Assembly (NCBI GenBank): GCA_964470995.1
Contig: CAYYEP010000003.1
Location: 16,682-80,681 of the forward strand
Direction: 5' to 3'
Source of the DNA: an uncultured Candidatus Saccharibacteria bacterium
GTDB lineage: Bacteria > Patescibacteriota > Minisyncoccia > Minisyncoccales > UBA5738
DNA: 64,000 bases
Shown: positions 50,462 through 60,323 of the stretch, piece by piece
How positions within the stretch are numbered: position 1 is the first letter of the stretch
Layout of the letters: the number at the start of each line of letters is the position of its first letter
Made by a program: the position numbers and the translations under genes
Notes under the pieces: model-generated
Seen by the model: the letters and a program-made list of their open reading frames with translations, nothing else
Databases searched by the model: none
Told to the model about the DNA's origin: nothing

Positions 50462-50809
50462 ATGAATATTATAATCCGGACAAAAAATATCGAAATGACC
50501 CCGACGTTGCGCGAATTCATCGAGACGAAGATAGGTTCCATAGAAAAATACTGCCGTGATTGCCAGGTTGACGACCAGCCGGGGCTGACGGCGGCCGCCG
50601 AAGCCATTGTGGAGGCGGGCAAGGACACTTTGCATCACAAAAAAGGCGACGTCTATACGGCACAGTGTCAGTTTACTTTTAACGGCAATAAAGTTTTGGC
50701 CCGCACCGAAGCCGATGACCTGGAAAAAGCAGTCACCGCGGTTCGCGATGATCTGCAGGACCAATTGACCCGCCTAAAAGGCAAACGCCTTGATAAAAAT
50801 AGAAAATAA
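50462..50809 (+). CDS. hpf: Ribosome hibernation promoting factor (HPF/RaiA)
   Basis: MNIIIRTKNIEMTPTLREFIETKI; DLEKAV..DDLQDQL; upstream of secA. Confidence 0.85.
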   Translation: MNIIIRTKNIEMTPTLREFIETKIGSIEKYCRDCQVDDQPGLTAAAEAIVEAGKDTLHHKKGDVYTAQCQFTFNGNKVLARTEADDLEKAVTAVRDDLQDQLTRLKGKRLDKNRK

Positions 50810-50935
50810 TGAAAATGTTCCATCGAGGTGGTTGGTAGTGAAAAGGTATTTTGTAATAAATGCCATCGGGAAGTATTTAATCCTGGTTGGTATGAGAAAT
50901 GCCCCCATTGCGAAGGAAAGGTGAAAGCAATTTAA

Positions 50936-50974
50936 AAAGGGGTGCGCCAGAAGCGCAACCCCTTTCTTTTTTTT
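50936..50974 (+). terminator. Rho-independent terminator
   Basis: aaaggggtgcgc-cagaa-gcgcaacccctttc followed by a T run. Confidence 0.65.
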
Positions 50975-51105
50975 GTAATTCCACTACAATATAAAATTCG
51001 GCGATTTATGAACCGCGATTTGTGATTTAAAAATTATAACGCGGTATTTTATATTTATTCATAAAACATAATTCATAAATCATAAATCAAGCATTTAGAT
51101 TAGAT

Positions 51106-53538
51106 ATGTCTTTTTTAACCAAAATTTTCGGCGACGAAAATAAAAATTACTTTAAGAAACTCCAGCCCGACGTGGACGCGATCAATGCCCTGGAACCGGA
51201 GTTCAAGGCGCTTGACGACGTCGGTTTGCTTGCCAAAACCGCCGAGTTCAAGGAGCGGCGGGCGAAAGGGGAGGCGCTCGACAGCCTGATGCGCGAAGCT
51301 TTTGCCTTAGTGCGCGAAGCGGCTCGGCGTAATTTGGGCCAGCGGCATTTTGACGTCCAGTTGATGGGTGGCATTGTCCTGCACCAGGGCAAAATCGCGG
51401 AGATGCGCACCGGCGAAGGCAAGACTTTGACCGCGACCTTGTCCGTATATTTAAACGCCTTATCAGGATTAGGCGTGCATTTGGTGACGGTCAACGATTA
51501 TCTGGCCCGCCGCGACGCGGTTTGGATGGGCCAGGTTTACCACGCACTGGGTCTTTCGACCGGTTGTATTAACCACGACCAGTCATTTGTCTATGATCCG
51601 GAATATAAAAAAGCCCAGGAAAGCGAAGATACCATGCGCGATAACTTAGGTTCGTTCCATGTGTCGCAGGATTTTTTGCGTCCCTGCAGCCGCCGCCAGG
51701 CTTACGCGGCCGATATTACTTATGGCACCAACAATGAGTTTGGTTTCGACTATTTGCGCGACAATATGGTTTATCGCATCGAGGATCGCGTTCAGCGCGA
51801 ACCAAATTACGCAATTGTCGACGAGGTTGATTCCATTTTGATCGATGAAGCCCGCACTCCTCTCATAATTTCGGCACCCGACGAGGAAAGCTCCAAATGG
51901 TACCAGGATTTCGCGCGTATCATTCCGCAGTTGAAGGAAAAGGAAGATTACGAAGTTGACGAAAAAGACCGCGCCTCCACGCTAAGCGAGAATGGCATCG
52001 TCAAAGTGGAAAAGATAATGGGGGTGGATAACATATATGAAGAGAAGGGCGTTAAATACCTGCACCATCTGGAACAGGCCCTGCGCGCCCAGGCGCTTTA
52101 CCGTGCGGACCGCGATTATGTGGTCAAAGACGGCCAGGTCATCATTATTGACGAATTCACGGGTCGTTTAATGCCCGGGCGGCGGTGGTCGGGCGGCCTG
52201 CATCAGGCCATTGAAGCTAAAGAGGGCGTCCAGGTAAAACCCGAATCGCTGACGCTGGCGTCCATTACTTTCCAAAACCTTTTTAGAATGTACAAAAAAC
52301 TGGCGGGAATGACCGGTACGGCCATTACGTCGGCCGAAGAATTTGATAAAGTTTACAGCCTCGACTCGATTCCTATCCCGACCAACAAATCCATTAGCCG
52401 CGTCGATCTGCCCGACCGGGTTTACAAAACCGAAACCGCCAAATATAACGCCGTGGTGGCCGAGATCAAAGATCGTTCTAGTAAGGGCCAGCCGGTGCTG
52501 GTCGGCACCCGCTCGGTGGAAAAAAATGAATATTTAACCAAACTTCTTGAGCGGGAGGGCATTAAACACGAGGTTTTGAACGCCAAGAACCACGAACGCG
52601 AAGGCGAGATCATTGCCCAAGCGGGAAGCCTTGGCGCGGTGACGATCGCTACCAATATGGCCGGCCGCGGCGTCGATATTCTTTTGGGCGGCAATCCTCC
52701 CGAACCGCAGAGCGTCCAAAAGGTGCGCGATGCCGGCGGTTTGTTTATTATTGGCACCGAGCGCCACGAAGCCCGCCGCATCGACAACCAGCTGCGGGGC
52801 CGCGGCGGCCGCCAGGGCGATCCGGGTACAACCCAGTTCTTCATCTCTCTCGAGGACGACCTCCTGCGCATTTTTGGCGGCGAACAGATGAAAAAACTTA
52901 TGGATATGCTCAAGGTTCCCGAGGACCAGCCGATCGAATCGGGAATGCTTTCCAAGCGCATCGAAGAAGCCCAAACCAAGATCGAGGGTATGCATTTTGA
53001 CACCCGCAAGCACCTGCTGGACTATGATAGCGTGATGAATAAACAGCGCGAGGTAATCTATAAAAAACGCGTCGATATTCTGAATATGGCCGATGAACAG
53101 GTTCGCGGGTATATTACAGAATTAGCCGCCAAGGGCGAGGCGGCCGAAAAATATTTGGAACGGGAAAAGGAAAACGGTGTCGAAGCCATGGTTCGCGCGG
53201 CGCGCTTCATCGCTCTCAAAACAATCGATTTTTTCTGGCAGGAGCATTTGGAATTGATGGACAATGTGCGCGATTCGGTGCGTCTGCGCGCCTACGGTCA
53301 GCAGGATCCTTTGGTTGAATATAAAAATGAAGCCAATAAGCAGTTTCGCATCCTTTTGGATACCGTGGAAGCCAACATTCTGCAGAATATTTTAAACGTT
53401 ACGATTAATAAGAATGTAACTGCTTCTGCTCCCGTGGCCGCCAGTTCCGGACCCACTGCCGATTACGGTAAGGTTGACCGCAATGCCCCTTGTCCGTGCG
53501 GCAGCGGCAAAAAATATAAGAAATGCTGCGGCAAATAA
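51106..53538 (+). CDS. secA: Protein translocase ATPase SecA
   Basis: [44 protein letters not shown]. Confidence 0.98.
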   Translation: MSFLTKIFGDENKNYFKKLQPDVDAINALEPEFKALDDVGLLAKTAEFKERRAKGEALDSLMREAFALVREAARRNLGQRHFDVQLMGGIVLHQGKIAEMRTGEGKTLTATLSVYLNALSGLGVHLVTVNDYLARRDAVWMGQVYHALGLSTGCINHDQSFVYDPEYKKAQESEDTMRDNLGSFHVSQDFLRPCSRRQAYAADITYGTNNEFGFDYLRDNMVYRIEDRVQREPNYAIVDEVDSILIDEARTPLIISAPDEESSKWYQDFARIIPQLKEKEDYEVDEKDRASTLSENGIVKVEKIMGVDNIYEEKGVKYLHHLEQALRAQALYRADRDYVVKDGQVIIIDEFTGRLMPGRRWSGGLHQAIEAKEGVQVKPESLTLASITFQNLFRMYKKLAGMTGTAITSAEEFDKVYSLDSIPIPTNKSISRVDLPDRVYKTETAKYNAVVAEIKDRSSKGQPVLVGTRSVEKNEYLTKLLEREGIKHEVLNAKNHEREGEIIAQAGSLGAVTIATNMAGRGVDILLGGNPPEPQSVQKVRDAGGLFIIGTERHEARRIDNQLRGRGGRQGDPGTTQFFISLEDDLLRIFGGEQMKKLMDMLKVPEDQPIESGMLSKRIEEAQTKIEGMHFDTRKHLLDYDSVMNKQREVIYKKRVDILNMADEQVRGYITELAAKGEAAEKYLEREKENGVEAMVRAARFIALKTIDFFWQEHLELMDNVRDSVRLRAYGQQDPLVEYKNEANKQFRILLDTVEANILQNILNVTINKNVTASAPVAASSGPTADYGKVDRNAPCPCGSGKKYKKCCGK

Positions 53539-53565
53539 AAAATATTCACCCCGTAACCGTATTTT

Positions 53566-53603
53566 GAGATCGTACCTCGGCGTAATCGCCGAGGTGCGAT
53601 CTC
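53566..53603. repeat. Diverged REP-doublet hairpin
   Basis: gagatcgtacctcggcg-taat-cgccgaggtgcgatctc; cgtatttt 5', aaactcgcattt 3'. Confidence 0.75.
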
Positions 53604-53644
53604 GGCAAACTCGCATTTAACTGTTTTTTTTGCCCCGACACGCC

Positions 53645-54088
53645 ATGCAATCCGAAAGATTTAAATTGATTCCCGCGGTTTATCTTTTCCTCATAAAAGA
53701 CGGGAAAATTTTGCTTTCGCGCCGGTTTCAGACCGGGTATCGGGACGGCAGCTACAGTCTGCCCGCCGGCCATTTGAACGGCAACGAATCGATGCGGGCC
53801 GCGCTTATTCGCGAGGCCAAGGAAGAGGCGGGGATCGATATCGATCCTCGCGAGCTTGAATTCGCGTTATTGATGCACCGTTCGGCCGAAACCAACGATC
53901 ACGAACGGATGGATATTTTTTTCACCGCCGCGAAGTGGCAAGGCAACATAAGTAATACCGAACCCGACAAATGCGACGATCTGTCATGGTTCGACCTGGA
54001 CCGTTTGCCCGAAAATACGGTTGACTACGTTAAAGTGGCTATCGGCTGCCATTTGAAAGGTGATAAGTATTGCGAATTCGGCTGGTAA
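53645..54088 (+). CDS. NUDIX hydrolase
   Basis: GHLNGNESMRAALIREAKEEAG Nudix box; EPDKCDDLSWF. Confidence 0.9.
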   Translation: MQSERFKLIPAVYLFLIKDGKILLSRRFQTGYRDGSYSLPAGHLNGNESMRAALIREAKEEAGIDIDPRELEFALLMHRSAETNDHERMDIFFTAAKWQGNISNTEPDKCDDLSWFDLDRLPENTVDYVKVAIGCHLKGDKYCEFGW

Positions 54089-54434
54089 AATCAATATAGC
54101 TTAAAAAATGATCCAATGAACGCCGATTTTCATAAATATCTGATCGGCCCGTGGCACGAACTTTCGCTGGCCTAACCACTTGGCAATACTGGCCGCGAAG
54201 TCAGCTGGACACGCCAAAATCAAGGCAAAGACAAAAAATTCTGGGGTATGTTGCGCGCGGCCAAGAATTATTTTTTAAAACGCTATTCGACGGGTGCCGG
54301 TCAAAATGGAAGGAAAAAAATAAGCTGTGCGTATGAAATTTTTTGCGGCTCGGTTCTGGAGGTAGGGCCTATGGCGGCGATCTGGAATCGCCGGATAAAT
54401 GTTTTAATTATTTTGCGATACTGGCAGTTTCAAA

Positions 54435-54800
54435 ATGAAAAATAATTCCAAGTCATTGGGCACCGCCAAGCAATTTCTGGGCAAGAAAGTTGAAGTTGTC
54501 GTTGACCGCAAATTTGGGAGCAAGCATCCCAAGTTTGGTTTTGTTTACGAAGTAAATTACGGTTATGTTTCGGGCGTAAAAATGCCCGATGGAGAAGACC
54601 TTGATTGCTATTGTTTGGGATGGGATACACCTCAAGAAAAAATCAGGGGCAGGGCAGTGGCGGTGGTTCATCGTCTTGATGACGATGATGATAAACTAGT
54701 TGTGGCGGCCCCCGGATTATCTTTGGAGCCAGCCGATATTGGAAGGGCGGTCGCCTTTCAAGAAAAATATTTCCGCCACGACTTGTTATTAGCCGATTGA
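54435..54800 (+). CDS. ppa: Short family I inorganic pyrophosphatase
   Basis: NYGYVSG..DGEDLD, DDDDDKLV. Confidence 0.75.
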   Translation: MKNNSKSLGTAKQFLGKKVEVVVDRKFGSKHPKFGFVYEVNYGYVSGVKMPDGEDLDCYCLGWDTPQEKIRGRAVAVVHRLDDDDDKLVVAAPGLSLEPADIGRAVAFQEKYFRHDLLLAD

Positions 54801-54897
54801 ATTCCTTTGCGATCGGAAGTTGGACTTTTACCGTTTTTTATGGTATTTTGGGTTCGAATAAATTGGACTGGCCGGTTTTGCCGGTTTTGAATATATT

Positions 54898-56334
54898 ATG
54901 AAAAAGAACAATCTGTGGTCGCTAATATTTATTTTTGTTTTGGCGGCGGTTTCGGCGGTATTTTGTTTTCCGCAATATGTGAATCCGTATATCGATAAGG
55001 TTAATTCCCGGTTGAAATGGGCTGTCCCGCATGTTTCCGAAAAACCATTCACGCTTGGTTTGGACGTTAAAGGCGGAGTGCATCTGGAATATCAAGCCGA
55101 TCTTTCTTCGGTAGCCGAAGACCAGCGCGCCAGCATGATGGAGGGCGTTAAGGATCTCATCGACCGGCGCATCAACAGCTACGGAGTGGCCGAACCCCAG
55201 ATTCAGATTTCCGGAGAGGACCGCTTGATCGTGGAGCTTCCCGGCATCGACAGCATCCAGGACGCCATTGACTGGATCGGCGCGACTCCCTGGTTGAGTT
55301 TCTCCGAGCTTCGCGCCCAGGAAGAAACCGATGCGATTCTTGCCAAGATCAAGGAGTTCGAAGGTAAATCCACCGAAGAGATTATACAGATACCGGATTA
55401 CCAGCTGGCTCTGCAAAACCCTTATTATAAAGAAACCGAATTAAGCGGCAAATATTTGGAAAGAGCCACTTTAAGCTTTGATCAGAACACCGGCGCGCCG
55501 TTGGTTTTGCTCAAATTCAATGATGAGGGCGCCAAAGTTTTTGAAACCGTAACCGAGCGCAATATAGGAAAGAGTATGGCTATTTATCTGGACGGTCTTT
55601 CGATCATTGATACCAACGGCGATAACGCGATTGACGGTGGCGATCTCTACGCTCCCCGGGTTAACGAAAAAATCACGGGCGGTTCGGCGCAAATCACCGG
55701 TATTTCCAGTATCGCGGAAGCCAAGACGCTGGTCAAACGCCTCAATGAAGGCGCTCTGCCCGTACCATTGGGGAATCCGATAACCCAGCAAAAAATCGGT
55801 CCGACTTTGGGCGCGGTGTCGCTGGAACAAGCCGTGAAAGCCGGTATTTACGGCTTTCTGATCGTAATCGTCTTTATGGTGCTTTATTACCGCATTCCCG
55901 GTCTGCTGGCCTCGCTGGCTTTGGCGCTTTACGGGGTGGTCCTGCTGGCGATATTCAAGTTCATGGGCGTGACGATGAGTCTGGCTGGTATCGGCGGCTT
56001 CATCCTGTCGGTAGGTATGGCCGTTGACGCCAACGTGCTGATATTCTCCCGAATGAAAGAGGAATTAGGCAACGGCAAAAGCTTGGTTGCCAGCATCGAG
56101 GAAGGCTTTAAACGCGCTTGGCCGGCCATCCGCGACGGAAATTTTACCACGATCGTGGTCGCGCTGATTCTTTTTTTCCTGGGAACCAGTTTCGTTAAAG
56201 GCTTTGCCGCAACCCTGATTTGGGGTATCTTCCTTTCGATGTATTCGGCGATCGTCGTGACCCGGACATTCCTGCGACTTGTTGCCGGAACCAAACTGGG
56301 TAAGACAGCCGGGTTATGGAAGCCTCTCGCCTGA
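54898..56334 (+). CDS. secD: Protein translocase subunit SecD
   Basis: LGLDVKGG, GVAEP, GALPVP, GMAVDANVLIF, VKGFA. Confidence 0.95.
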   Translation: MKKNNLWSLIFIFVLAAVSAVFCFPQYVNPYIDKVNSRLKWAVPHVSEKPFTLGLDVKGGVHLEYQADLSSVAEDQRASMMEGVKDLIDRRINSYGVAEPQIQISGEDRLIVELPGIDSIQDAIDWIGATPWLSFSELRAQEETDAILAKIKEFEGKSTEEIIQIPDYQLALQNPYYKETELSGKYLERATLSFDQNTGAPLVLLKFNDEGAKVFETVTERNIGKSMAIYLDGLSIIDTNGDNAIDGGDLYAPRVNEKITGGSAQITGISSIAEAKTLVKRLNEGALPVPLGNPITQQKIGPTLGAVSLEQAVKAGIYGFLIVIVFMVLYYRIPGLLASLALALYGVVLLAIFKFMGVTMSLAGIGGFILSVGMAVDANVLIFSRMKEELGNGKSLVASIEEGFKRAWPAIRDGNFTTIVVALILFFLGTSFVKGFAATLIWGIFLSMYSAIVVTRTFLRLVAGTKLGKTAGLWKPLA

Positions 56335-56444
56335 TCCAGAAGCTAATAGGAACTTGTTGAAATCGGTCGAAACTTATCGCATAATGCACAATAAATTTCT
56401 ATTAATTTCACGAAGCTAGTTTCAATAAATTTCAGAATTAAACC

Positions 56445-57350
56445 ATGATTCCATTCATCAAATACAAGAAGTTCTTCATCGTTTTGACCATGGTGGCAAT
56501 GGCTGTCAGTGTCGCCGCAATCGCTGTTTACAAGCTTAAGCCCGGCATTGAATTTACCGGCGGCAGCGTGATCAACCTTGAGTATAGCAATACCCGTCCG
56601 GATAACGCGGCGGTTTTGGCTAAGATTTCCGAATTAAACCTTGGCGATGTTCCTACGATTTACGCCGAAGGCGAAAAGGGGCTGATAATTCGCACGATTA
56701 CTTTGGAAGAATCCCGGCACGCCGCGATTCTTGAAAAACTGAAGGAAACCGGCGATTTCCAGGAAAAAAGCTTTGAATCCATCGGCCCGGTGGTGGGACA
56801 GGAGTTAACCTCAAAAATGTCGGTTTTAATCACGATATCCCTGCTGGCGATGCTGGTCTATATTGCCGTTGCCTTCAGGAATGTTCCCGGACCGGTTTCG
56901 GCATGGCAGTACGGCGCAGCCTCGTTTTTGATCCTGGCGCACGACGTTTTGGTGCCGCTGGGGATATTCGCGGTTCTGGGCGCCCAATACGGAGTGCAGA
57001 TCACCATCCCGGTTATCACGGCCCTGCTGACCGTGGTCGGCTATGCCATCAACAATGTAATTGTGGTTTACGATCGCATCCGTGAAAATCTGTTGCGCGA
57101 TCATCGGGCACCGTTTAATCAGATTGCCGACCGCGCCGTCAACCAGACCTTAAGCCGCCAGATAAACACTTCGGTAGCAACGCTCATTCCGGTTTTTGCC
57201 ATTTATTTTTGGGCGGGAGCCAGCCTTAAATATTTTGCGCTGGCGCTTATTTTAGGCATCATTACCGGCACTTATTCATCGGTATTTTTGGCCAGTCAGA
57301 TTTTGGCGGTATGGATGGATTTTGACAGGAAAAAAAGCGCGCGGCACTAG
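56445..57350 (+). CDS. secF: Protein translocase subunit SecF
   Basis: GIEFTGGS, SIGPVVG, HDVL, YDRIRE, GTYSS. Confidence 0.95.
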   Translation: MIPFIKYKKFFIVLTMVAMAVSVAAIAVYKLKPGIEFTGGSVINLEYSNTRPDNAAVLAKISELNLGDVPTIYAEGEKGLIIRTITLEESRHAAILEKLKETGDFQEKSFESIGPVVGQELTSKMSVLITISLLAMLVYIAVAFRNVPGPVSAWQYGAASFLILAHDVLVPLGIFAVLGAQYGVQITIPVITALLTVVGYAINNVIVVYDRIRENLLRDHRAPFNQIADRAVNQTLSRQINTSVATLIPVFAIYFWAGASLKYFALALILGIITGTYSSVFLASQILAVWMDFDRKKSARH

Positions 57351-57450
57351 CGCGGTTTCGCGCCAAATATGCGGAATCATCCCGGTAGCGCACCAGAGAC
57401 AATAAACCGCCAACCCGTTTTTAGCTTCAAAACAGGCCTTTAAGGCCTGT

Positions 57451-57479
57451 TTGACAAATATTTGAAAATACTATATAAT
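57451..57479 (+). promoter_or_regulatory. Consensus sigma70 promoter
   Basis: TTGACA-17 nt-TATAAT. Confidence 0.8.
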
Positions 57480-57520
57480 AATTAAAGACCAAAAAAAGGG
57501 TTTATTGAACAAATCTTAAT

Positions 57521-57680
57521 ACCCCGCGCGTTTTCCGCCGCGACTGCGGCGGGGCGCCTCCCGTAATCGGGAGGAAGCGGGGGGGATGAAGATTTTTCCC
57601 CGCAGTATGCGGGGGACGCCTGGAGCAAGGCGGAAGGCGGTTCAACCAAGATCACGTAGCGTTTGTCCCGGGGAGATTCA
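57521..57680 (+). ncRNA. Candidate GC-rich structured RNA / leader
   Basis: Four consecutive GC-rich hairpins downstream of a perfect promoter. Confidence 0.45.
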
Positions 57681-57731
57681 TTGTAGTTTTCAATAATTTC
57701 ATAATGAAAATAAATTAAAAGTCGTAAAAGC

Positions 57732-58718
57732 ATGATAAACGTTAATTATCAGGAAATTGTCCAGGAGCTCTTAACCCAGCTTCCCGCCAAACAGCGCGAG
57801 GTTATCGAACGCCGTTTTGGTTTAAAAGGAGGGGAGCGCGAAACCTTGGAATCGATTGGCAAGAGCCATAGTATCTGCCGCGAGCGCGTCCGGCAAATTG
57901 AAAAGGTTAGCCTGGCTAAAATGAAGAAGAAAGCTTCGGGTTACAAGGAAGCCGCCAGGTTGTTCGCCAAGTATTTGAAGAATATCGGCGGCGTACGCGA
58001 GGAAAATGCCTTTTTAGAAGAATTGGGCGGCGGCGATTACAAAGCGCATGCGTATTTCTTGCTGGCTCTTTCGGGTGATTTTGTCCGTGCCAGCGAAACT
58101 GAAGACTTCAATAGCCTTTGGGCGCTAAACAAAGAATCTCTTGAGACCGCCAAGAGCTTCATTAAAATTTGCCAGGACTTGCTCGAAGGCAAAAAGCAGC
58201 TTTTAGCGGTGCGCGAACTGGCTTTGGCTGGCGGATTAAAAAAGAACATCGCCGAATCCTACTTGGGAATTTCCCGCCGTGTGCAAAAAAACAAAGAGGG
58301 TTTATATGGATTGCGCGAATGGCCCGAAGTTAGTCCTAAGGGAATCAAGGACAAGATCTATTTATTGTTCAAAAAAAACCGCAAGCCACTTCATTTTACG
58401 GATGTGGCGGGTAAGATTGAGGGAAGCCTGGTGCAAACCGTGCACAACGAACTTATTCGCGATAAGCGTTTTGTATTGATCGGTCGCGGCATTTATGCTT
58501 TGCGCGAGTGGGGATATGTTGAAGGCGACGTTAAGGATGTGATTCTCAATATTTTCGCGACCGAAAACAAGCCCTTGACCAAAGATGAGATTCTTAGCCG
58601 CGTAATGAAGCAGCGCCTGATCAAGGAAAACACCGTGCTCATGAATTTGAGCAACAAAAAATATTTCACGCGCGACAATGAAGGCAAATATTGGCGCGGG
58701 AACGTGCAGGAAGCATAA
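57732..58718 (+). CDS. Sigma70 region-4 HTH plus HARE-type wHTH protein
   Basis: RRFGL..TLESIG..RERVRQIE; VHNELIRDKRFVLIGRGIYALREWG. Confidence 0.75.
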   Translation: MINVNYQEIVQELLTQLPAKQREVIERRFGLKGGERETLESIGKSHSICRERVRQIEKVSLAKMKKKASGYKEAARLFAKYLKNIGGVREENAFLEELGGGDYKAHAYFLLALSGDFVRASETEDFNSLWALNKESLETAKSFIKICQDLLEGKKQLLAVRELALAGGLKKNIAESYLGISRRVQKNKEGLYGLREWPEVSPKGIKDKIYLLFKKNRKPLHFTDVAGKIEGSLVQTVHNELIRDKRFVLIGRGIYALREWGYVEGDVKDVILNIFATENKPLTKDEILSRVMKQRLIKENTVLMNLSNKKYFTRDNEGKYWRGNVQEA

Positions 58719-58794
58719 TCTTTTAATTCTGGGTGGCTCAAGCTATAATCAAAGCGTATCTGCGACGCTTATTTTGCGTTTATATTAATCAATC

Positions 58795-60111
58795 GTGTTT
58801 CAAGAAATAGGAGAGGGTATCGCATTTTTATGGAAGCTTTTCTGTTACTGGTGGTGGATACCGGGGTTTTTCTATTTTCAAAAAAAATTTGAACATTATT
58901 GGACTTGGTGGCGCCGGGAAATGTGGTATGGCACGCTTTATAAACCTACTTTGCTTGAAATTCGCATACCCAAGGAAATTTTTAAACCGATCCGTGCCAT
59001 GGAAATGGTTTTTACGGCTTTGCACGGCGCAATCTATAACGATCCCGATTGGTGGGAAAAATACATTACCGGCGAGCCGCAAACAAGCTATTCGTTCGAA
59101 ATGGCGTCTATCGACGGCCAGATCCATTTTTATATCCGTGTTCATGGCGATTACCGCGATCAAGTGGAGGCGGCGATCTATTCGCAATTTCCCGGCGCCG
59201 AAATCGAAGCGGTACCCGATTATACCAAGCAAATTCCAATGGATATCCCAAATCAAGGATGGGATCTTCATGGCTGGGACTGGAAGATGGTAAGGCCGGC
59301 GAATTATCCAATCCCGACCTACAAATCGTTTGAGGAAGAAAACAAGAATGCCGAAGAAGAAGAAAAAATCGATTTTATGACGTCCCTGATGGAGGGTATG
59401 GCGAAATTGAAACCCGGCGAACAAATGTGGATCCAAATTCGCGCCAAACCGATTTATTATGCCTTGCCTAACGGCGAAAAATTTGTTAAAGACGGCGAGC
59501 ACTTGCGCGACGTGCTGGCCAAGCGCATTGACGAAAAGGAAATTAAACTGCCGCCGCTCTGGAAAGAGTTGCTTGACTTTGTCGTGCACGGCGCAACCGC
59601 TCCGGAAGAAAAACCCCAGGAACTTTTCCCGGCTGAAATGCGCCTGACCACCGGCGAAAGAAAAGCCATTGACGAAGTGGAGCGAAAATCCTCCAAGCCG
59701 ATTTTTTCCTGCACGATTCGCAATATCTATTTAGGCAAACGGGATGTTTGGTTCAAGCCCAACCACCGCCTTTTTTATAATTATTTCAACCATTTTACTG
59801 ATCCCGATATCAATTCGCTTTGGATTTGGACTAAAACCTTGACGCGCGTTAAAAAATCCCCGTTCTGGTTTATAAACTACATCGCGCCGCGCCGCGCCTA
59901 TGTAAAGTGCCGCCATCTTTTGCGCAGTTACCGGGACCGGGTAGAGTATTACAGCCCATGGGAAAAAGGAGATGAAGGCGCCAAGATCAGGCTTAACGTT
60001 GAGGAGATGGCCACGCTTTATCACTTCCCGTCGTACGGCGTTTCTCCCACGCCCGGTATCCATCGTACCGAAGCCCGGGAAACCGCCGCGCCTCATAATC
60101 TGCCAATCTAA
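58795..60111 (+). CDS. Conserved membrane-anchored hypothetical protein, partner of the downstream ATPase
   Basis: LLEIRIPKE, SFEMAS, YSQFPGAEI, EEMATLYHFP. Confidence 0.7.
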   Translation: MFQEIGEGIAFLWKLFCYWWWIPGFFYFQKKFEHYWTWWRREMWYGTLYKPTLLEIRIPKEIFKPIRAMEMVFTALHGAIYNDPDWWEKYITGEPQTSYSFEMASIDGQIHFYIRVHGDYRDQVEAAIYSQFPGAEIEAVPDYTKQIPMDIPNQGWDLHGWDWKMVRPANYPIPTYKSFEEENKNAEEEEKIDFMTSLMEGMAKLKPGEQMWIQIRAKPIYYALPNGEKFVKDGEHLRDVLAKRIDEKEIKLPPLWKELLDFVVHGATAPEEKPQELFPAEMRLTTGERKAIDEVERKSSKPIFSCTIRNIYLGKRDVWFKPNHRLFYNYFNHFTDPDINSLWIWTKTLTRVKKSPFWFINYIAPRRAYVKCRHLLRSYRDRVEYYSPWEKGDEGAKIRLNVEEMATLYHFPSYGVSPTPGIHRTEARETAAPHNLPI

Positions 60112-60140
60112 AAACGGCCTTCCGAAAGGGCCGTTTTTTT
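60111..60140 (+). terminator. Rho-independent terminator
   Basis: aaaacggcctt-ccga-aagggccgtttt followed by Ts. Confidence 0.75.
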
Positions 60141-60323
60141 GGTTACGAGAAATTTCAGATTCCAAACAAATTCCAATGATCAAAATCGTAATGGCCAAAA
60201 GAATTGTTTTAAATGCCGGGATTTTGATATGGTTTGTGATTTGGCGCTGGTAATTGGGAATTCAAACCGGTTGGTCAAAGCCTTCGAAAAAGGGTAAAAT
60301 GAAAAAATACGAAAAAAAATCCA

